Of a stretch of DNA of 64,000 nt, positions 9,342-18,916 are shown piece after piece. Below the pieces are notes generated by a model that was not told the DNA's origin, searched no databases, and saw nothing but the letters and a program-made list of their open reading frames with translations. The translations under genes and the position numbers were made by a program. How positions within the stretch are numbered: the stretch's first letter is position 1; the number at the start of each line of letters is the position of its first letter. The stretch is from a virus. Where the stretch lies: the IMG/VR virus record IMGVR_UViG_3300037826_000057, positions 13,054 to 77,053 of that record; one strand, written 5' to 3'.

Positions 9342-9375
9342 ACCCGTAACTAATTTTAGTTATTCTTCCAAACAT
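9112..9375 (-). CDS. GFxTNSSSS-motif protein, possibly truncated or frameshifted
   Basis: GAGGAGG RBS; N-terminal GFATNSSSSHSIV motif. Confidence 0.45.
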   Translation of the reverse strand: MFGRITKISYGFATNSSSSHSIVLVPDVQYSQNISSSTIQTWRMGTATRMVKRKGIWSFCIFQPARRNRLLSVYLRYGISSVVGSTG

Positions 9376-9650
9376 TTTACCTCCTCTACGACATTATTAG
9401 CACACTTTATACATGTAACCGTGCAATCATGTCCACCTTGATTATATGCTACAACTACAGCATCGTATATTCTGTAGGTTTTAACTTCATCAGGATATGT
9501 TGCAATTGCTTCAACCGTATGGTAATGTTCGCAAGAACTAAAAGCAAACCTAGTTACGTAATTAAATACTATTTTGCATTCTTCACCTAACGCTACGTGG
9601 TTAGCTTCTATTTCTTGTTCCTTTTGTTTTAGTTGTTTTCCTGTCAGCAT
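9360..9650 (-). CDS. Hypothetical protein
   Basis: GGAGG RBS. Confidence 0.65.
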   Translation of the reverse strand: MLTGKQLKQKEQEIEANHVALGEECKIVFNYVTRFAFSSCEHYHTVEAIATYPDEVKTYRIYDAVVVAYNQGGHDCTVTCIKCANNVVEEVKCLEE

Positions 9651-9843
9651 TTTTTACCTCCTGTTTAATTTGGTATATGGAGTGGAAAATTCCTTTTACT
9701 ACTAAATGTGTTTTTCCGATTTCTACCTGTTCACAAGGCGCTATTACCCTGAAGTGGTAGTCAGCCAATGTTCTTAGGTCTTCCCAGGTATGCTTACCAT
9801 TTCTAATTCTTTCCAGCCTATCAAAAATAGTTTTACCAACCAT
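9601..9843 (-). CDS. Hypothetical protein
   Basis: Overlaps its neighbours in the operon. Confidence 0.55.
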   Translation of the reverse strand: MVGKTIFDRLERIRNGKHTWEDLRTLADYHFRVIAPCEQVEIGKTHLVVKGIFHSIYQIKQEVKNADRKTTKTKGTRNRS

Positions 9844-10084
9844 TTAACCACACCCTGCACCAGCACTTGGTGCAATAATACTGACCGTTTAGCTCTAATA
9901 CCATATCTGGAAAGTCTATTTCATACCAGGGAAGGCGTAATACAACTGGCAAATGTTTTCCAACTGTATGCTCACAACCACGTACTATGTTTGGAAACGT
10001 ATATATTGCAGAACAATCCTTACAAAAGGTGAAATGTTCTGCAAACCTGGTTACATTTTCAGAGTTGCAAAATATACAAGACAT
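9833..10084 (-). CDS. Zinc-binding hypothetical protein
   Basis: CIFC, CKDC and CTKC; AAGGAG RBS. Confidence 0.65.
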   Translation of the reverse strand: MSCIFCNSENVTRFAEHFTFCKDCSAIYTFPNIVRGCEHTVGKHLPVVLRLPWYEIDFPDMVLELNGQYYCTKCWCRVWLNGW

Positions 10085-10119
10085 GTTGACTCCTTATAAT
10101 TCTAATATATTCTATTGGG

Positions 10120-10950
10120 TTAATATAGAATATTTTGAGGGTTCTCTGCTTTTTCGTGAAATTCTTTTATGTCGTCTGGTAACTTTGTATTTTTTATGAA
10201 ATCTACAACACCATAGAAGCTACGTCTTTTGCAACTGGTTTTAACTGTATGTATAAATTCTCCTGGTCTTCGTAGCAACCACTCAAGAGCAGCCCAGAAG
10301 AATTCTCGCCCGTAAGAATGAAGGTATGTATTTTCACCTAATGCAGCATATAGATTGCTGCATTTTAGTGAATCCTTCCATTGGTATCTTACATTTCTGA
10401 TTTTATAATGCCCGCCTTTTACCAGGTTGTAATCTAACAACCTCGGTATTAAGAGTATCATCGAAGTAATGGGTTCATATTCTAAATACCAGGCATTATT
10501 TAGTCGCATTTTACCATACACCTGACCTGAAAATCTCGTTTGAAACCCCTTTTTCACTTTTGCTTCTTCGGTATCAAGTGAAAAATAGTCAAGAAAGATA
10601 CGGTTAGGAAACTTTAACGCTTGATATGTTTTCATATTTAATGCTCTAATTATACGATCAAGTAGTCTGTTATACTTTTTATAAAAGAACATGTTTCTAG
10701 GTATTTCAAAATTTAATAATTTTCTAGTTTGTTGCCATGTACCTGATTGTCTACGCATTAACCCAATCAGTTCTACATTTGGATTTTCTAGGTAGTTCCA
10801 GGTATCCCTAAACACCCTACTTAATTCTTCTCGACAGGTACTAGAGAAGTATAACGTAGTATTTTCATTGGTTTCAATGATGTGGGAGCAGGGGAAAATT
10901 ATAGTACCATTTCTTTCTGGGTATTTATCTACTTTTGTGGTCAAGTACAT
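10120..10950 (-). CDS. Hypothetical protein, paralog of 10965-11819
   Basis: Shared TCRE, PITSMILLIPRL and TYLHSYGREFFWAALEWL blocks. Confidence 0.75.
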   Translation of the reverse strand: MYLTTKVDKYPERNGTIIFPCSHIIETNENTTLYFSSTCREELSRVFRDTWNYLENPNVELIGLMRRQSGTWQQTRKLLNFEIPRNMFFYKKYNRLLDRIIRALNMKTYQALKFPNRIFLDYFSLDTEEAKVKKGFQTRFSGQVYGKMRLNNAWYLEYEPITSMILLIPRLLDYNLVKGGHYKIRNVRYQWKDSLKCSNLYAALGENTYLHSYGREFFWAALEWLLRRPGEFIHTVKTSCKRRSFYGVVDFIKNTKLPDDIKEFHEKAENPQNILY

Positions 10951-10964
10951 ATTATATTACCTCC

Positions 10965-11819
10965 TTAATAAGAGAGTAGGTTGAATGGGTGGTCATCGCT
11001 TAGCAACCGCATCCAATCTAAGCAGGTCGATGGTATTTTGCCTTTTTCTTTGGCCCAACCCATAAAAGATTCTACCCCATCTATTTTGCTTTTGTTTTGA
11101 GCTTCTTCTATTCTATCAAGAAGAAGTTTGGGATCGTGCATTAACCACTCTGTGAACCCCCAAAAATTCTTCTTACCGAAGTAGTTCAGGTAAGTGGTGC
11201 TAGCTAATTTTGAAAACCAATTTGTACAATGGAAATTATAGTTCTTATGAAAATAGCGCATTTGCGCTGAAGAGCCATATCTTATTCCTGTATTTACTAA
11301 TCTGGGAAGTAATGTTAAGTACGACGTAATTGGTTTATACTTTAGAAATTGAGATGGTACTTGGATTTCCCCATACCAAGTACCTGTTCTGAGTCTTTTT
11401 GTGTGGGATGTAACCCAGGCCCATTTATATACAGGTTCAACTTCCCAACCGAATTTATGTGCTTCTAAATTAAATTCATGTTGTTGAGCTAAAAGAGGGG
11501 GACATAGGCGCATTTCTGTTAAGGTATAAATAATATGTGAATAAAATCTAGAGAACTGGTCTAGTAAAGTCTTGGTTCTTTTTGATTTATTCTCTATAGG
11601 GTTACGGTAAGATGGCCCGAAATTGCGTAAAAGACCATATATTTTTACATCCTGAGCTGGTAACTGCGATGCCCATTCTTTGAAAGCATAGGAATTAGTT
11701 TCCCTACAAGATGCCAAATGGTGCAAAACCCATTTGTCTTTGTAGCGTGAAAAATACTTGTTATCTCGGTTGAAGTTTGCTTGTGTATAGTTTGTAATTC
11801 CTAACATAATGACCCCCAA
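10965..11819 (-). CDS. Hypothetical protein, paralog of 10120-10950
   Basis: SCRE, PITSYLTLLPRL and TYLNYFGKKNFWGFTEWL. Confidence 0.75.
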   Translation of the reverse strand: MGVIMLGITNYTQANFNRDNKYFSRYKDKWVLHHLASCRETNSYAFKEWASQLPAQDVKIYGLLRNFGPSYRNPIENKSKRTKTLLDQFSRFYSHIIYTLTEMRLCPPLLAQQHEFNLEAHKFGWEVEPVYKWAWVTSHTKRLRTGTWYGEIQVPSQFLKYKPITSYLTLLPRLVNTGIRYGSSAQMRYFHKNYNFHCTNWFSKLASTTYLNYFGKKNFWGFTEWLMHDPKLLLDRIEEAQNKSKIDGVESFMGWAKEKGKIPSTCLDWMRLLSDDHPFNLLSY

Positions 11820-11826
11820 TTTGTAA

Positions 11827-11852
11827 GGGGTGTGAGCGGTTACTCACACCCC
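11827..11852. other. Intergenic hairpin
   Basis: GGGGTGTGAG-CGGTTA-CTCACACCCC; no U-tract on the minus strand. Confidence 0.45.
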
Positions 11853-11885
11853 AATTTAATTCACCAACTTAATCCACAGGTTAAT

Positions 11886-12704
11886 TCACAAACTCCAGTT
11901 TTCCCGCCAGTTACCTTTCGGTCTGGTGGGAATTTCAAACCCAACCAGTTTGGCAACCATTTGCAAAACCTCTTTGACTTGGTTGGGTTCTCTCGTGACC
12001 AAAGTATTGATTAAAACTTCTTGTGGAATATATTCCACAAGAATATCATAGGTATCCTCATTGTAGCATTCTTGTGCCAATTTGAATACCAGTTTGGTCG
12101 TTTGCGGTGCCCGGTAATATACATTACTTGGAGTTCTGTATTCAACTCCAAAGGGTTGGCGGCGGTAGATTCCGGGTTTACCATATACTCCAGCGCGTTT
12201 TATACCCTCTTCACCAGAGAGGTATGTGTCCAGCAATCCAACTGTATAATCTAGAGCTTTAATGGGTTTTTCCTGGAACGGTGCTCCCAGGTGAATATGC
12301 CCACCAAAGTATCGGTATGGATGTTGAGACGCATCCATATTACTTGGGTCTTGGTCGCGTCCCCAAACCGATAGGTCTGGGTCACAACCAAAGATAGCTG
12401 CACGCTCATCCACTTCACACCACTCTAGATCAAATGGTGTGCTGGGTATCATTTTGATGGGTTTCTCCAGCACATGTTCTAGCTCATGCATATAGCCAAA
12501 CATTTCTCTTAAATTATTAACCATATTTGCTACTGTTTTTGCCGGTTGTACGTTCAGTTCCAGTGCGGCACCATCGGGAAAGAAGCGACCACACCCAATA
12601 GCTAGGTTGGTCTCCAATTCTGCCTCTTGCATAGCCATTTTAGCTGGGTAACAGGTTCCATTTTCGACTACTGGAAATTCTGGATCGCATCCTAAGGTAA
12701 TCAT
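11886..12704 (-). CDS. phiEco32-like COOH-NH2 ligase (type 2)
   Basis: LGCDPEF, DGAALELN, FGCDPD, GGHIHLG, YGKPGIYR and GVEYRTPSN. Confidence 0.9.
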   Translation of the reverse strand: MITLGCDPEFPVVENGTCYPAKMAMQEAELETNLAIGCGRFFPDGAALELNVQPAKTVANMVNNLREMFGYMHELEHVLEKPIKMIPSTPFDLEWCEVDERAAIFGCDPDLSVWGRDQDPSNMDASQHPYRYFGGHIHLGAPFQEKPIKALDYTVGLLDTYLSGEEGIKRAGVYGKPGIYRRQPFGVEYRTPSNVYYRAPQTTKLVFKLAQECYNEDTYDILVEYIPQEVLINTLVTREPNQVKEVLQMVAKLVGFEIPTRPKGNWRENWSL

Positions 12705-13108
12705 GATAGTATTTCCTCCTTATTCTGGTAGATTGGGCATTCGTTTGTATATTCACAGTACCCACATTCACTCTCCAGGTACCGCCTCTTGTAACTTTCG
12801 CAGAAGAGACGGTCAAACTTTCTGCAGTAATTTCCTTCTATCTCCTCTAGTTTATTACCGCAGTAGCAATATGCTTGCAGATATTGCTTTTGCGGTGGAT
12901 ATTGTATCTCAAACCCGCAGGATGGGCACCTGACTACCGGCTTGGTACTGCGTACTGGTTCACTCGCATTTACATTCTGCGACAGGATTTGGGGGGTTAC
13001 CCCATCATTCGTGACGGTAACTCTAACTTGTCCTGTCACCTCAAGCATGATGGTTCCCTGGGCTTTTGAAAACTTGTAACTGCAATTTGGACATGTTACT
13101 TCAATCAT
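12701..13108 (-). CDS. Multi zinc-ribbon protein
   Basis: CPNC, CPSC, CYC and CGYC; ATGA-coupled to the ligase. Confidence 0.65.
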   Translation of the reverse strand: MIEVTCPNCSYKFSKAQGTIMLEVTGQVRVTVTNDGVTPQILSQNVNASEPVRSTKPVVRCPSCGFEIQYPPQKQYLQAYCYCGNKLEEIEGNYCRKFDRLFCESYKRRYLESECGYCEYTNECPIYQNKEEILS

Positions 13109-13117
13109 GTTACCTCC

Positions 13118-13471
13118 CTATCTAAATGTCTTGTTCTTTTTTGTAGAAGTCACCCACTCAAGAGAAACTCTCACGTTCAATATGTTTGAATACCTCCTTT
13201 CCCACTTGTTTTTTATACGTTCGGATTTCTGACCATTCAAAAACCCCCTCACTTGGTTTGTTCCGATTGCAGCCCATTTTATTACCCTGAAAGGCTTACA
13301 TTGATTCCAGGGTTTTGTTTCAAAGATTAGAAAAATTGGTCTTTCCTGTTTTTCTGCAGCTTTACAAATATAAGGTATCTGAGACATTTTGCTGATACCA
13401 GCAGTTAAACTTTGTCCGGTGTTACGGATTTGTGCTCCGAATTGAATAAATTTTGTTATATCTATTCCCAT
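13118..13471 (-). CDS. Hypothetical basic protein
   Basis: ORF in the operon. Confidence 0.6.
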   Translation of the reverse strand: MGIDITKFIQFGAQIRNTGQSLTAGISKMSQIPYICKAAEKQERPIFLIFETKPWNQCKPFRVIKWAAIGTNQVRGFLNGQKSERIKNKWERRYSNILNVRVSLEWVTSTKKNKTFR

Positions 13472-13479
13472 TTTAACCC

Positions 13480-14145
13480 TTACTCAATTTCAAAGTATTT
13501 CTTTATTACGGTTACCCCGTGTGGAGAAAATTTAGCCTTTTTGGCTAATTCAAATATATACGGGTCTTTTTGCGACAGCATAATAAGAAATCGTAATTTA
13601 ATCTCTTTGTCGTTTATATCATTTTCCTTTAACATCCAGGAGTATTCTGAGACCAACAAGGAAAATAATTGGGGGAAAACTACATCCGATGTGTAACGGA
13701 TTTCATCCCCTACGAGAAACCCGAAAGGTTGAGAATTTTCCAGGGTTTGTGTGGCCATTTCTAGAATAGTCTGTTCCAGAGTGTATCTTACTGCTGGCAC
13801 AGTGGGTATATCGGTATTTTCTGAAACCTCCCAAAGGAGATTATGGTCATCTCCTTCAATTCCCATTAACTGGCCATCCGTATTAATAGTAATTTTTTTA
13901 GGTAATTCTTTAGCAAGGTCTTTTCTACCCTGCATAAATTCCTTTGCCCAGTTAACTTTCGCATTGGAAGTATAGCATACCTGGTTGGGCCTTTCTGGGT
14001 CTAAGATCAAACCTGGGCAGTGGTTTACAAAGCTGGGGTAGAATTCATCGTTAAGCTCGTATTCACCGGCTAATACGAAGAGACCGTCTGTGCCGGTGTA
14101 TTTTCCTTTTTCAGCTCTGGCTGAGTGTAGTTGTCTATAGATCAT
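13480..14145 (-). CDS. Hypothetical protein
   Basis: ATGA-coupled to the RuvB-like gene; GGAGG RBS. Confidence 0.7.
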   Translation of the reverse strand: MIYRQLHSARAEKGKYTGTDGLFVLAGEYELNDEFYPSFVNHCPGLILDPERPNQVCYTSNAKVNWAKEFMQGRKDLAKELPKKITINTDGQLMGIEGDDHNLLWEVSENTDIPTVPAVRYTLEQTILEMATQTLENSQPFGFLVGDEIRYTSDVVFPQLFSLLVSEYSWMLKENDINDKEIKLRFLIMLSQKDPYIFELAKKAKFSPHGVTVIKKYFEIE

Positions 14146-14891
14146 ATTACCTCCCTACCATTACCTGTGATTTTGACTAACCCAGATTTTTGCAGGAACC
14201 TTTCACGCTCTTGCAATTCTCTGGGTGTAACCGATAAGATGTTTGAAAGTGTCTTCTTACTACAAGCACCGCTCTCTAATGTACTCAGGTACAAACGGTC
14301 TAAATTATCTAGACCATTCTCATCTACTTGCAGATACTCCTCCAAGATTTTTGCTACATTCCCAGGTGATTCTGGATAATTTTTATAGTCCATAATCGCG
14401 GTTACCTCTTCCGCTAATTTCACACCTCTGCGTGGTATACCTTTGCACCTGGGGGCGATTATATCGGTTGATGCCTTTTTAAGGTCAGTGTGTACACCGA
14501 TAATTTGAGATAGTTCTGTTTCAGTGTACCCACCAAGACGAATTTGGTAGGTACGACTGCGCATTGGTGCTGGTAGTTTTGCACTCATATTAGACACAAA
14601 TACAAAACTTCGGTCATTCATTAGTGGATAAAACTGTTCAAAATTTCTTATGGTATGGGCTTCATCTATTACTGTCAGGTGTGCTGACGGTAAATTATTT
14701 ATGGGTGGCAGTAAGTAAGCATACATTGCTATGCATGCTACCACAAATAAAGCTAAAGCAGTTTTACCCATTCCATAATGCCCCTTTAGAAGAATGTTGA
14801 CCGGATGGTCAAAACTCTTCTCCAGCAACGCCTGCATTCTGGTCTTCTGCTTTTCCTGCCCAATATAATTACTGGGGGGATTCATACTCAA
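14142..14891 (-). CDS. RuvB-like AAA+ ATPase
   Basis: YIGQE, Walker A GHYGMGKT, Walker B IDEAH, LPAPMRSR, sensor 2 KGIPR, VDENGLDNLDRLYL and ERFLQKSGLVKITGNGR winged-helix end. Confidence 0.82.
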   Translation of the reverse strand: MSMNPPSNYIGQEKQKTRMQALLEKSFDHPVNILLKGHYGMGKTALALFVVACIAMYAYLLPPINNLPSAHLTVIDEAHTIRNFEQFYPLMNDRSFVFVSNMSAKLPAPMRSRTYQIRLGGYTETELSQIIGVHTDLKKASTDIIAPRCKGIPRRGVKLAEEVTAIMDYKNYPESPGNVAKILEEYLQVDENGLDNLDRLYLSTLESGACSKKTLSNILSVTPRELQERERFLQKSGLVKITGNGREVI

Positions 14892-15657
14892 TTACCCCTT
14901 CTGCGTTAAGTTCCTGAAGGTGTTTAGCAAATAAATCTGTATAATAAGTCACGGTCTTGCTATTTAGAGCTGGCCCCGTGTTTACCTCAAAGACCAAAAC
15001 CTCACCTTGTCTGTTTCTAGCTATATCTACCCCGCCGTAAATTAAACCAAGTGCTTCAACCGCTTTTACAGCGGTCTCTGCGCATTTTGGGTAATATTTT
15101 TCTAGGTTCACTCTCTTGTATCCCCACCCGAATTTTGAGGTTCGGATTTTTTTATGTGCGTCATCCTCTCTGGGTACTTTTCTAAAGCCCTTTACGGCTT
15201 CACCGTTTACCACGTGTACCCTTAGTTCTCTATCGGCCTCAAAAAAGGACAGGAAATATTTGCACCCGCTTTCTCTTGCTTCAGCAGGTGCTTCTACGAT
15301 TTTAATATCTGCACCTGCTTTATGGTTGATCCTTCCCCGCCCAACCAGCGGGTATAAGCTTTCATCTTGAGGTGGAATGTGGTATACCTCTGCAACTGGT
15401 ATACCATTTTCCCCCATAACTTCGACAGCGCGGTGCCCACGTACTGCCAATCTAATACTGCTTCTTGGTTGCAAGGCAAAGTCGTTTTGTGCATACGTCG
15501 AGCTTCCCCACCGCACCACAACCTTGTTATTTTCTGGTGTCTTGGTATACCCAATTCCTAGGTTTCTTGCAATTTGTTTTGCAGTTTTGGACGTTGTGCG
15601 GTGATACAACACCTTTAAGTTTCTATTTGTTTGGGGGTAAAATCTATTATATATCAT
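14869..15657 (-). CDS. ATP-grasp peptide ligase (RimK/YheCD-like)
   Basis: VVRWG, ELRVHV, LGLIYGGVDI and FEVNTGP. Confidence 0.87.
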   Translation of the reverse strand: MIYNRFYPQTNRNLKVLYHRTTSKTAKQIARNLGIGYTKTPENNKVVVRWGSSTYAQNDFALQPRSSIRLAVRGHRAVEVMGENGIPVAEVYHIPPQDESLYPLVGRGRINHKAGADIKIVEAPAEARESGCKYFLSFFEADRELRVHVVNGEAVKGFRKVPREDDAHKKIRTSKFGWGYKRVNLEKYYPKCAETAVKAVEALGLIYGGVDIARNRQGEVLVFEVNTGPALNSKTVTYYTDLFAKHLQELNAEGVIEYESPQ

Positions 15658-16799
15658 TGCACTACCTCCTCAACTTCTTGTAGCATTTTCTCAAGCTCTT
15701 CGACCGTATGAAATACATACGGGTAAAATGTATCATTGGAGGTTATTGCGTCTACCTCGTATATCGTCAGACCCGAAATTGTTTCAATGCTTTCCGCAAT
15801 ACCCACTTTTTCAGGGGTACGGAATTCTAGCATAATATCTTCTACTTGTGATAAACCTTCTTTAATTTCTTCGGTGGAGCATTCGGATAATGGTTTCTCC
15901 ATTACATATTCTGCCCAACCCTCCACCTCTGTCCATGTTAGACCTTTGAGAAATTCAATAATTATTTCTGCCTTTTCTACCACTTCTGATTTATCATTTT
16001 TGGTGTAAGTTGTATACGCTTTTGTTACATTTCTTTTACCCTTCTCCCTAGGTAAGTCAGCGGTTTCAGTGTGTTCTCCATTTGTGTATTTCTCTACGGT
16101 GTTCCAAGTGAGTTTTTCTGGTTCTCCAGTCTCTACTTGGTATCCCCAAACTTTAGGAAGATTTTCTAGCCAATACCGTAAGTTTTCTAGAGCTTCTTTT
16201 GAGGTGTTGACTACGAGCATTTCTCTGTTTTCTGTGGTCACCTTCATTTTGTGCAGTGGGTTGGTGCCTCGCACTAAAAAGAGATTATCTTTTTGAATGA
16301 TTACTAACGCAAAAGAACCCTGCCATTTTTTCGTAACTGTTTTTATACTTTCAACAGTTACGGTTTTAGATTCTGAAATCAATGCACGAAGAAAAACCTC
16401 AGAATCACATGGTTCGTGCTCGATTTCACTCACCAATTTTTTATACACTTCGGAACTCTCATAACCTCTGAAGGTTCCATTATGTGCTAGATATACATCT
16501 TCACACATAAAGGGGTGTGCACCGTCTACACCCCCGGTACCTTTTGAGATTGCTCTTACATGCCCAAGAACGTGGTTTGCATTGTTTAGGTTAGGCATAT
16601 GTTCTTGAAACAGTTCGGTCTCTAAAGCTTTAGAGGCCGTCTTACCAGATTTAAAAGAAACAGTAGGTATTGCTACCCCTGTTCCATCAGTATTACCTTG
16701 TTGTTCGCCTGTAAGCAACAAGGTTTTCATTAAGAAAGGTTTTAAGCCTTTCTGGAATTGTTGTTGTGGTTTGTGAACTATTGCGGACAGTCTACACAT
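15654..16799 (-). CDS. Class II (Ntn) glutamine amidotransferase
   Basis: N-terminal Cys2, DGTG, GHVR, AHPF, AHNG, DSE and GSFAL. Confidence 0.88.
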   Translation of the reverse strand: MCRLSAIVHKPQQQFQKGLKPFLMKTLLLTGEQQGNTDGTGVAIPTVSFKSGKTASKALETELFQEHMPNLNNANHVLGHVRAISKGTGGVDGAHPFMCEDVYLAHNGTFRGYESSEVYKKLVSEIEHEPCDSEVFLRALISESKTVTVESIKTVTKKWQGSFALVIIQKDNLFLVRGTNPLHKMKVTTENREMLVVNTSKEALENLRYWLENLPKVWGYQVETGEPEKLTWNTVEKYTNGEHTETADLPREKGKRNVTKAYTTYTKNDKSEVVEKAEIIIEFLKGLTWTEVEGWAEYVMEKPLSECSTEEIKEGLSQVEDIMLEFRTPEKVGIAESIETISGLTIYEVDAITSNDTFYPYVFHTVEELEKMLQEVEEVVQ

Positions 16800-16810
16800 T
16801 AATTACCTCC

Positions 16811-17866
16811 TTAGATTATTGTCAGGTTGGCGTACCCAGGAATGAGTTGCAAATTTTCCTCTCTGGTAAATTCATCAAACCCAAATGTATTATCCGGGTC
16901 TATGATTTCTGGACGTAAACTTTCGGGACAGTTTCTAAACCTGTAGGTGTGTCCCAGGTGCCCTCTTTGGTGTCCGTGGACACCACGCGGAAACCTCCTT
17001 GGCAGTTCCCATAATTCTTGCATTGTGGGTATATATTGTGGGGCAGGGTCTAACCACTCAATTAATTCATCGAGTGTTAAGTTGTCAGTACCCAGGGGAT
17101 TTCTGGGTAGTCTTTCGGTACCTTTCTTCCAGAAAGCCGACCGCACCAACTTTTTACTTAATTCAACCCAAGTAAATAAATACTTGGGGGTAAGCGTAGA
17201 ATTAAATAAGCGTAGTTCAGTTGTTTCCTGGGTAAAAAGTGATAATAAGTTTAACCAGACGTACCTGGCTTCGTGGTATCTGGCTCCTGAATAATTCCCT
17301 AGCGATTTAGCTAGGTTTTTTGATGATTCTAGATTGTTAATAATCTTCTCTGCGTCAAACACTTTGCGCAGGTGGCCTTTACGGTCATGCACAACGGGAG
17401 GTGAAAGCAATGGCCGGCAATAACCATAGTCTGCTCTTAACTCGCCTCGGTGCCGACCTACCTCACCACAAGCAAGTCTATAAAAACCTGCTTCTAGGTA
17501 TAATCCCACTTCCAAGATATTCTTAATTATTTCAGCTGGCAAGTCTCCGGTATGTACGTGAACGTGAATACCGGTTTGGGCATTCACGCCCTCTCCGGTA
17601 CTTTTTAGAGCAGACAACAATTGCCTAACTTGGTCTTTCCATCGTTCGTCATTTTCGGTGTCTAAAATGGGCGAAACAAATTCTCCCCCGCACTTTACCT
17701 GTCTGAAGACAGGTTTGCTGGTGCGTAAAGTACCTCCCAGCACATGAGAGTGTGACCTACATGACCCGTCTTCCACCAAACGCCAGCCAGGCGGTGTAAG
17801 GTTGCGTAGGAAGCTTTTAGCAGAGTTCCTTGCTTCAATTTCTATACCCACATTCATAATTAACAT
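16811..17866 (-). CDS. Putative amidoligase (COOH-NH2 ligase fold)
   Basis: VGIEIE, EDGS, GEFVSPIL, TGIHVHV, RYVWLN and TELRLFNST. Confidence 0.87.
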   Translation of the reverse strand: MLIMNVGIEIEARNSAKSFLRNLTPPGWRLVEDGSCRSHSHVLGGTLRTSKPVFRQVKCGGEFVSPILDTENDERWKDQVRQLLSALKSTGEGVNAQTGIHVHVHTGDLPAEIIKNILEVGLYLEAGFYRLACGEVGRHRGELRADYGYCRPLLSPPVVHDRKGHLRKVFDAEKIINNLESSKNLAKSLGNYSGARYHEARYVWLNLLSLFTQETTELRLFNSTLTPKYLFTWVELSKKLVRSAFWKKGTERLPRNPLGTDNLTLDELIEWLDPAPQYIPTMQELWELPRRFPRGVHGHQRGHLGHTYRFRNCPESLRPEIIDPDNTFGFDEFTREENLQLIPGYANLTII

Positions 17867-17875
17867 AGACCCTCC

Positions 17876-18130
17876 TTAATACTGTATTATCGCTCCATAA
17901 CATTCTTGACAAATGCGCCCATACTTTGATTGTATGGTTTGTTCAAAATCCGTGATCTGCCTGCACATGTTACAGACCACTTTTCCGGTATAGCAGTTAT
18001 TACATACTGCTACACCATTTGTATTATACATATAGCGCGGGAGCGCCCATTTCCCGCATACCTTACACTTTTTCATAATCTGCGGGTGTGTAAGGTTTGC
18101 ATATTCTTCATACTTTGAGGTGTCTATCAT
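17876..18130 (-). CDS. Double zinc-finger protein, first gene of the operon
   Basis: Four CxxC pairs; AAGGAG RBS. Confidence 0.7.
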   Translation of the reverse strand: MIDTSKYEEYANLTHPQIMKKCKVCGKWALPRYMYNTNGVAVCNNCYTGKVVCNMCRQITDFEQTIQSKYGRICQECYGAIIQY

Positions 18131-18189
18131 AAAATCACTCCTTGGTTGTTATTTATGAATTGCCGGCGCGTTTTCTTGCCGACACTCTC

Positions 18190-18218
18190 AGTATAGCGGA
18201 GCAAACTTACCGTGTCAA
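18190..18218 (-). promoter_or_regulatory. Sigma70-type promoter (class A) for the ligase operon
   Basis: TTGACA-17-TATACT. Confidence 0.8.
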
Positions 18219-18327
18219 GGGGGTTTAGAAAACCAGCCCAAATCCGCGGTTAAATTTTTTGGTAAACTGGTCTGGTAAATAACCATAAATTATCAACCAC
18301 GATTTTTGTTTGGTCAAAAGATTGCCC

Positions 18328-18356
18328 TTGACACGGTAAATTCGGCGTGTTATAGT
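18328..18356 (+). promoter_or_regulatory. Sigma70-type promoter (class A), divergent
   Basis: TTGACA-17-TATAGT with extended TG. Confidence 0.8.
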
Positions 18357-18392
18357 CAAAGCGTCGGCGGGCAAAGCCCGAAATCCGCTTAT

Positions 18393-18470
18393 AGGCCCAT
18401 AGCTCAGTCTGGTTAGAGCGTCCGGCTCATAACCGGGTGGTCACTGGTTCAAATCCAGTTGGGCCTACCA
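18393..18470 (+). tRNA. tRNA with CAT anticodon, most likely Ile2 (lysidine type); elongator Met not excluded
   Basis: Acceptor AGGCCCA/TGGGCCT, TAGCTCAG D-arm, CT-CAT-AA loop, GTTCAAATC, encoded CCA; no initiator features. Confidence 0.88.
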
Positions 18471-18490
18471 TTAACTTATAAGGAGGAAAA

Positions 18491-18907
18491 ATGCATTTTA
18501 TAGCAGAGTTTATGTGTAGTAGTAGTCTTAATTACGTAACCACAATTTCAACCTCTGAAGTGGGTTGGGAATTGTTTAGCAAATTGCAAAGGGAGTTTCC
18601 TGGTTTAAAGATAAAGAATGTACAGGGAACAATACCAGCACACTTTAAGAACGAGGTTAGTTTTGAGGTTCCGTTAGAATATGTAGCCAGGTGCCATAGA
18701 TTTACAAATGCAAATATGGTTAAAGTTATGGTGCGAGAAGCAGACCTGAATAAGTTTGTTGTAGTAGAGCGAGAGGTTCAGGAAGGTAAAACTTTTCCTG
18801 GTATGCAGCCTCATGTGTTTACCAAAGTTAGGTATAATCGCAGGATTGACCAGGAAAAGCTCCTGGCAGCTTGGGAAGCTGCTGGGTACAAGAATTACTT
18901 TGTATAA
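18491..18907 (+). CDS. Hypothetical protein
   Basis: AGGAGG RBS. Confidence 0.7.
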   Translation: MHFIAEFMCSSSLNYVTTISTSEVGWELFSKLQREFPGLKIKNVQGTIPAHFKNEVSFEVPLEYVARCHRFTNANMVKVMVREADLNKFVVVEREVQEGKTFPGMQPHVFTKVRYNRRIDQEKLLAAWEAAGYKNYFV

Positions 18908-18916
18908 GGAGGTAAA

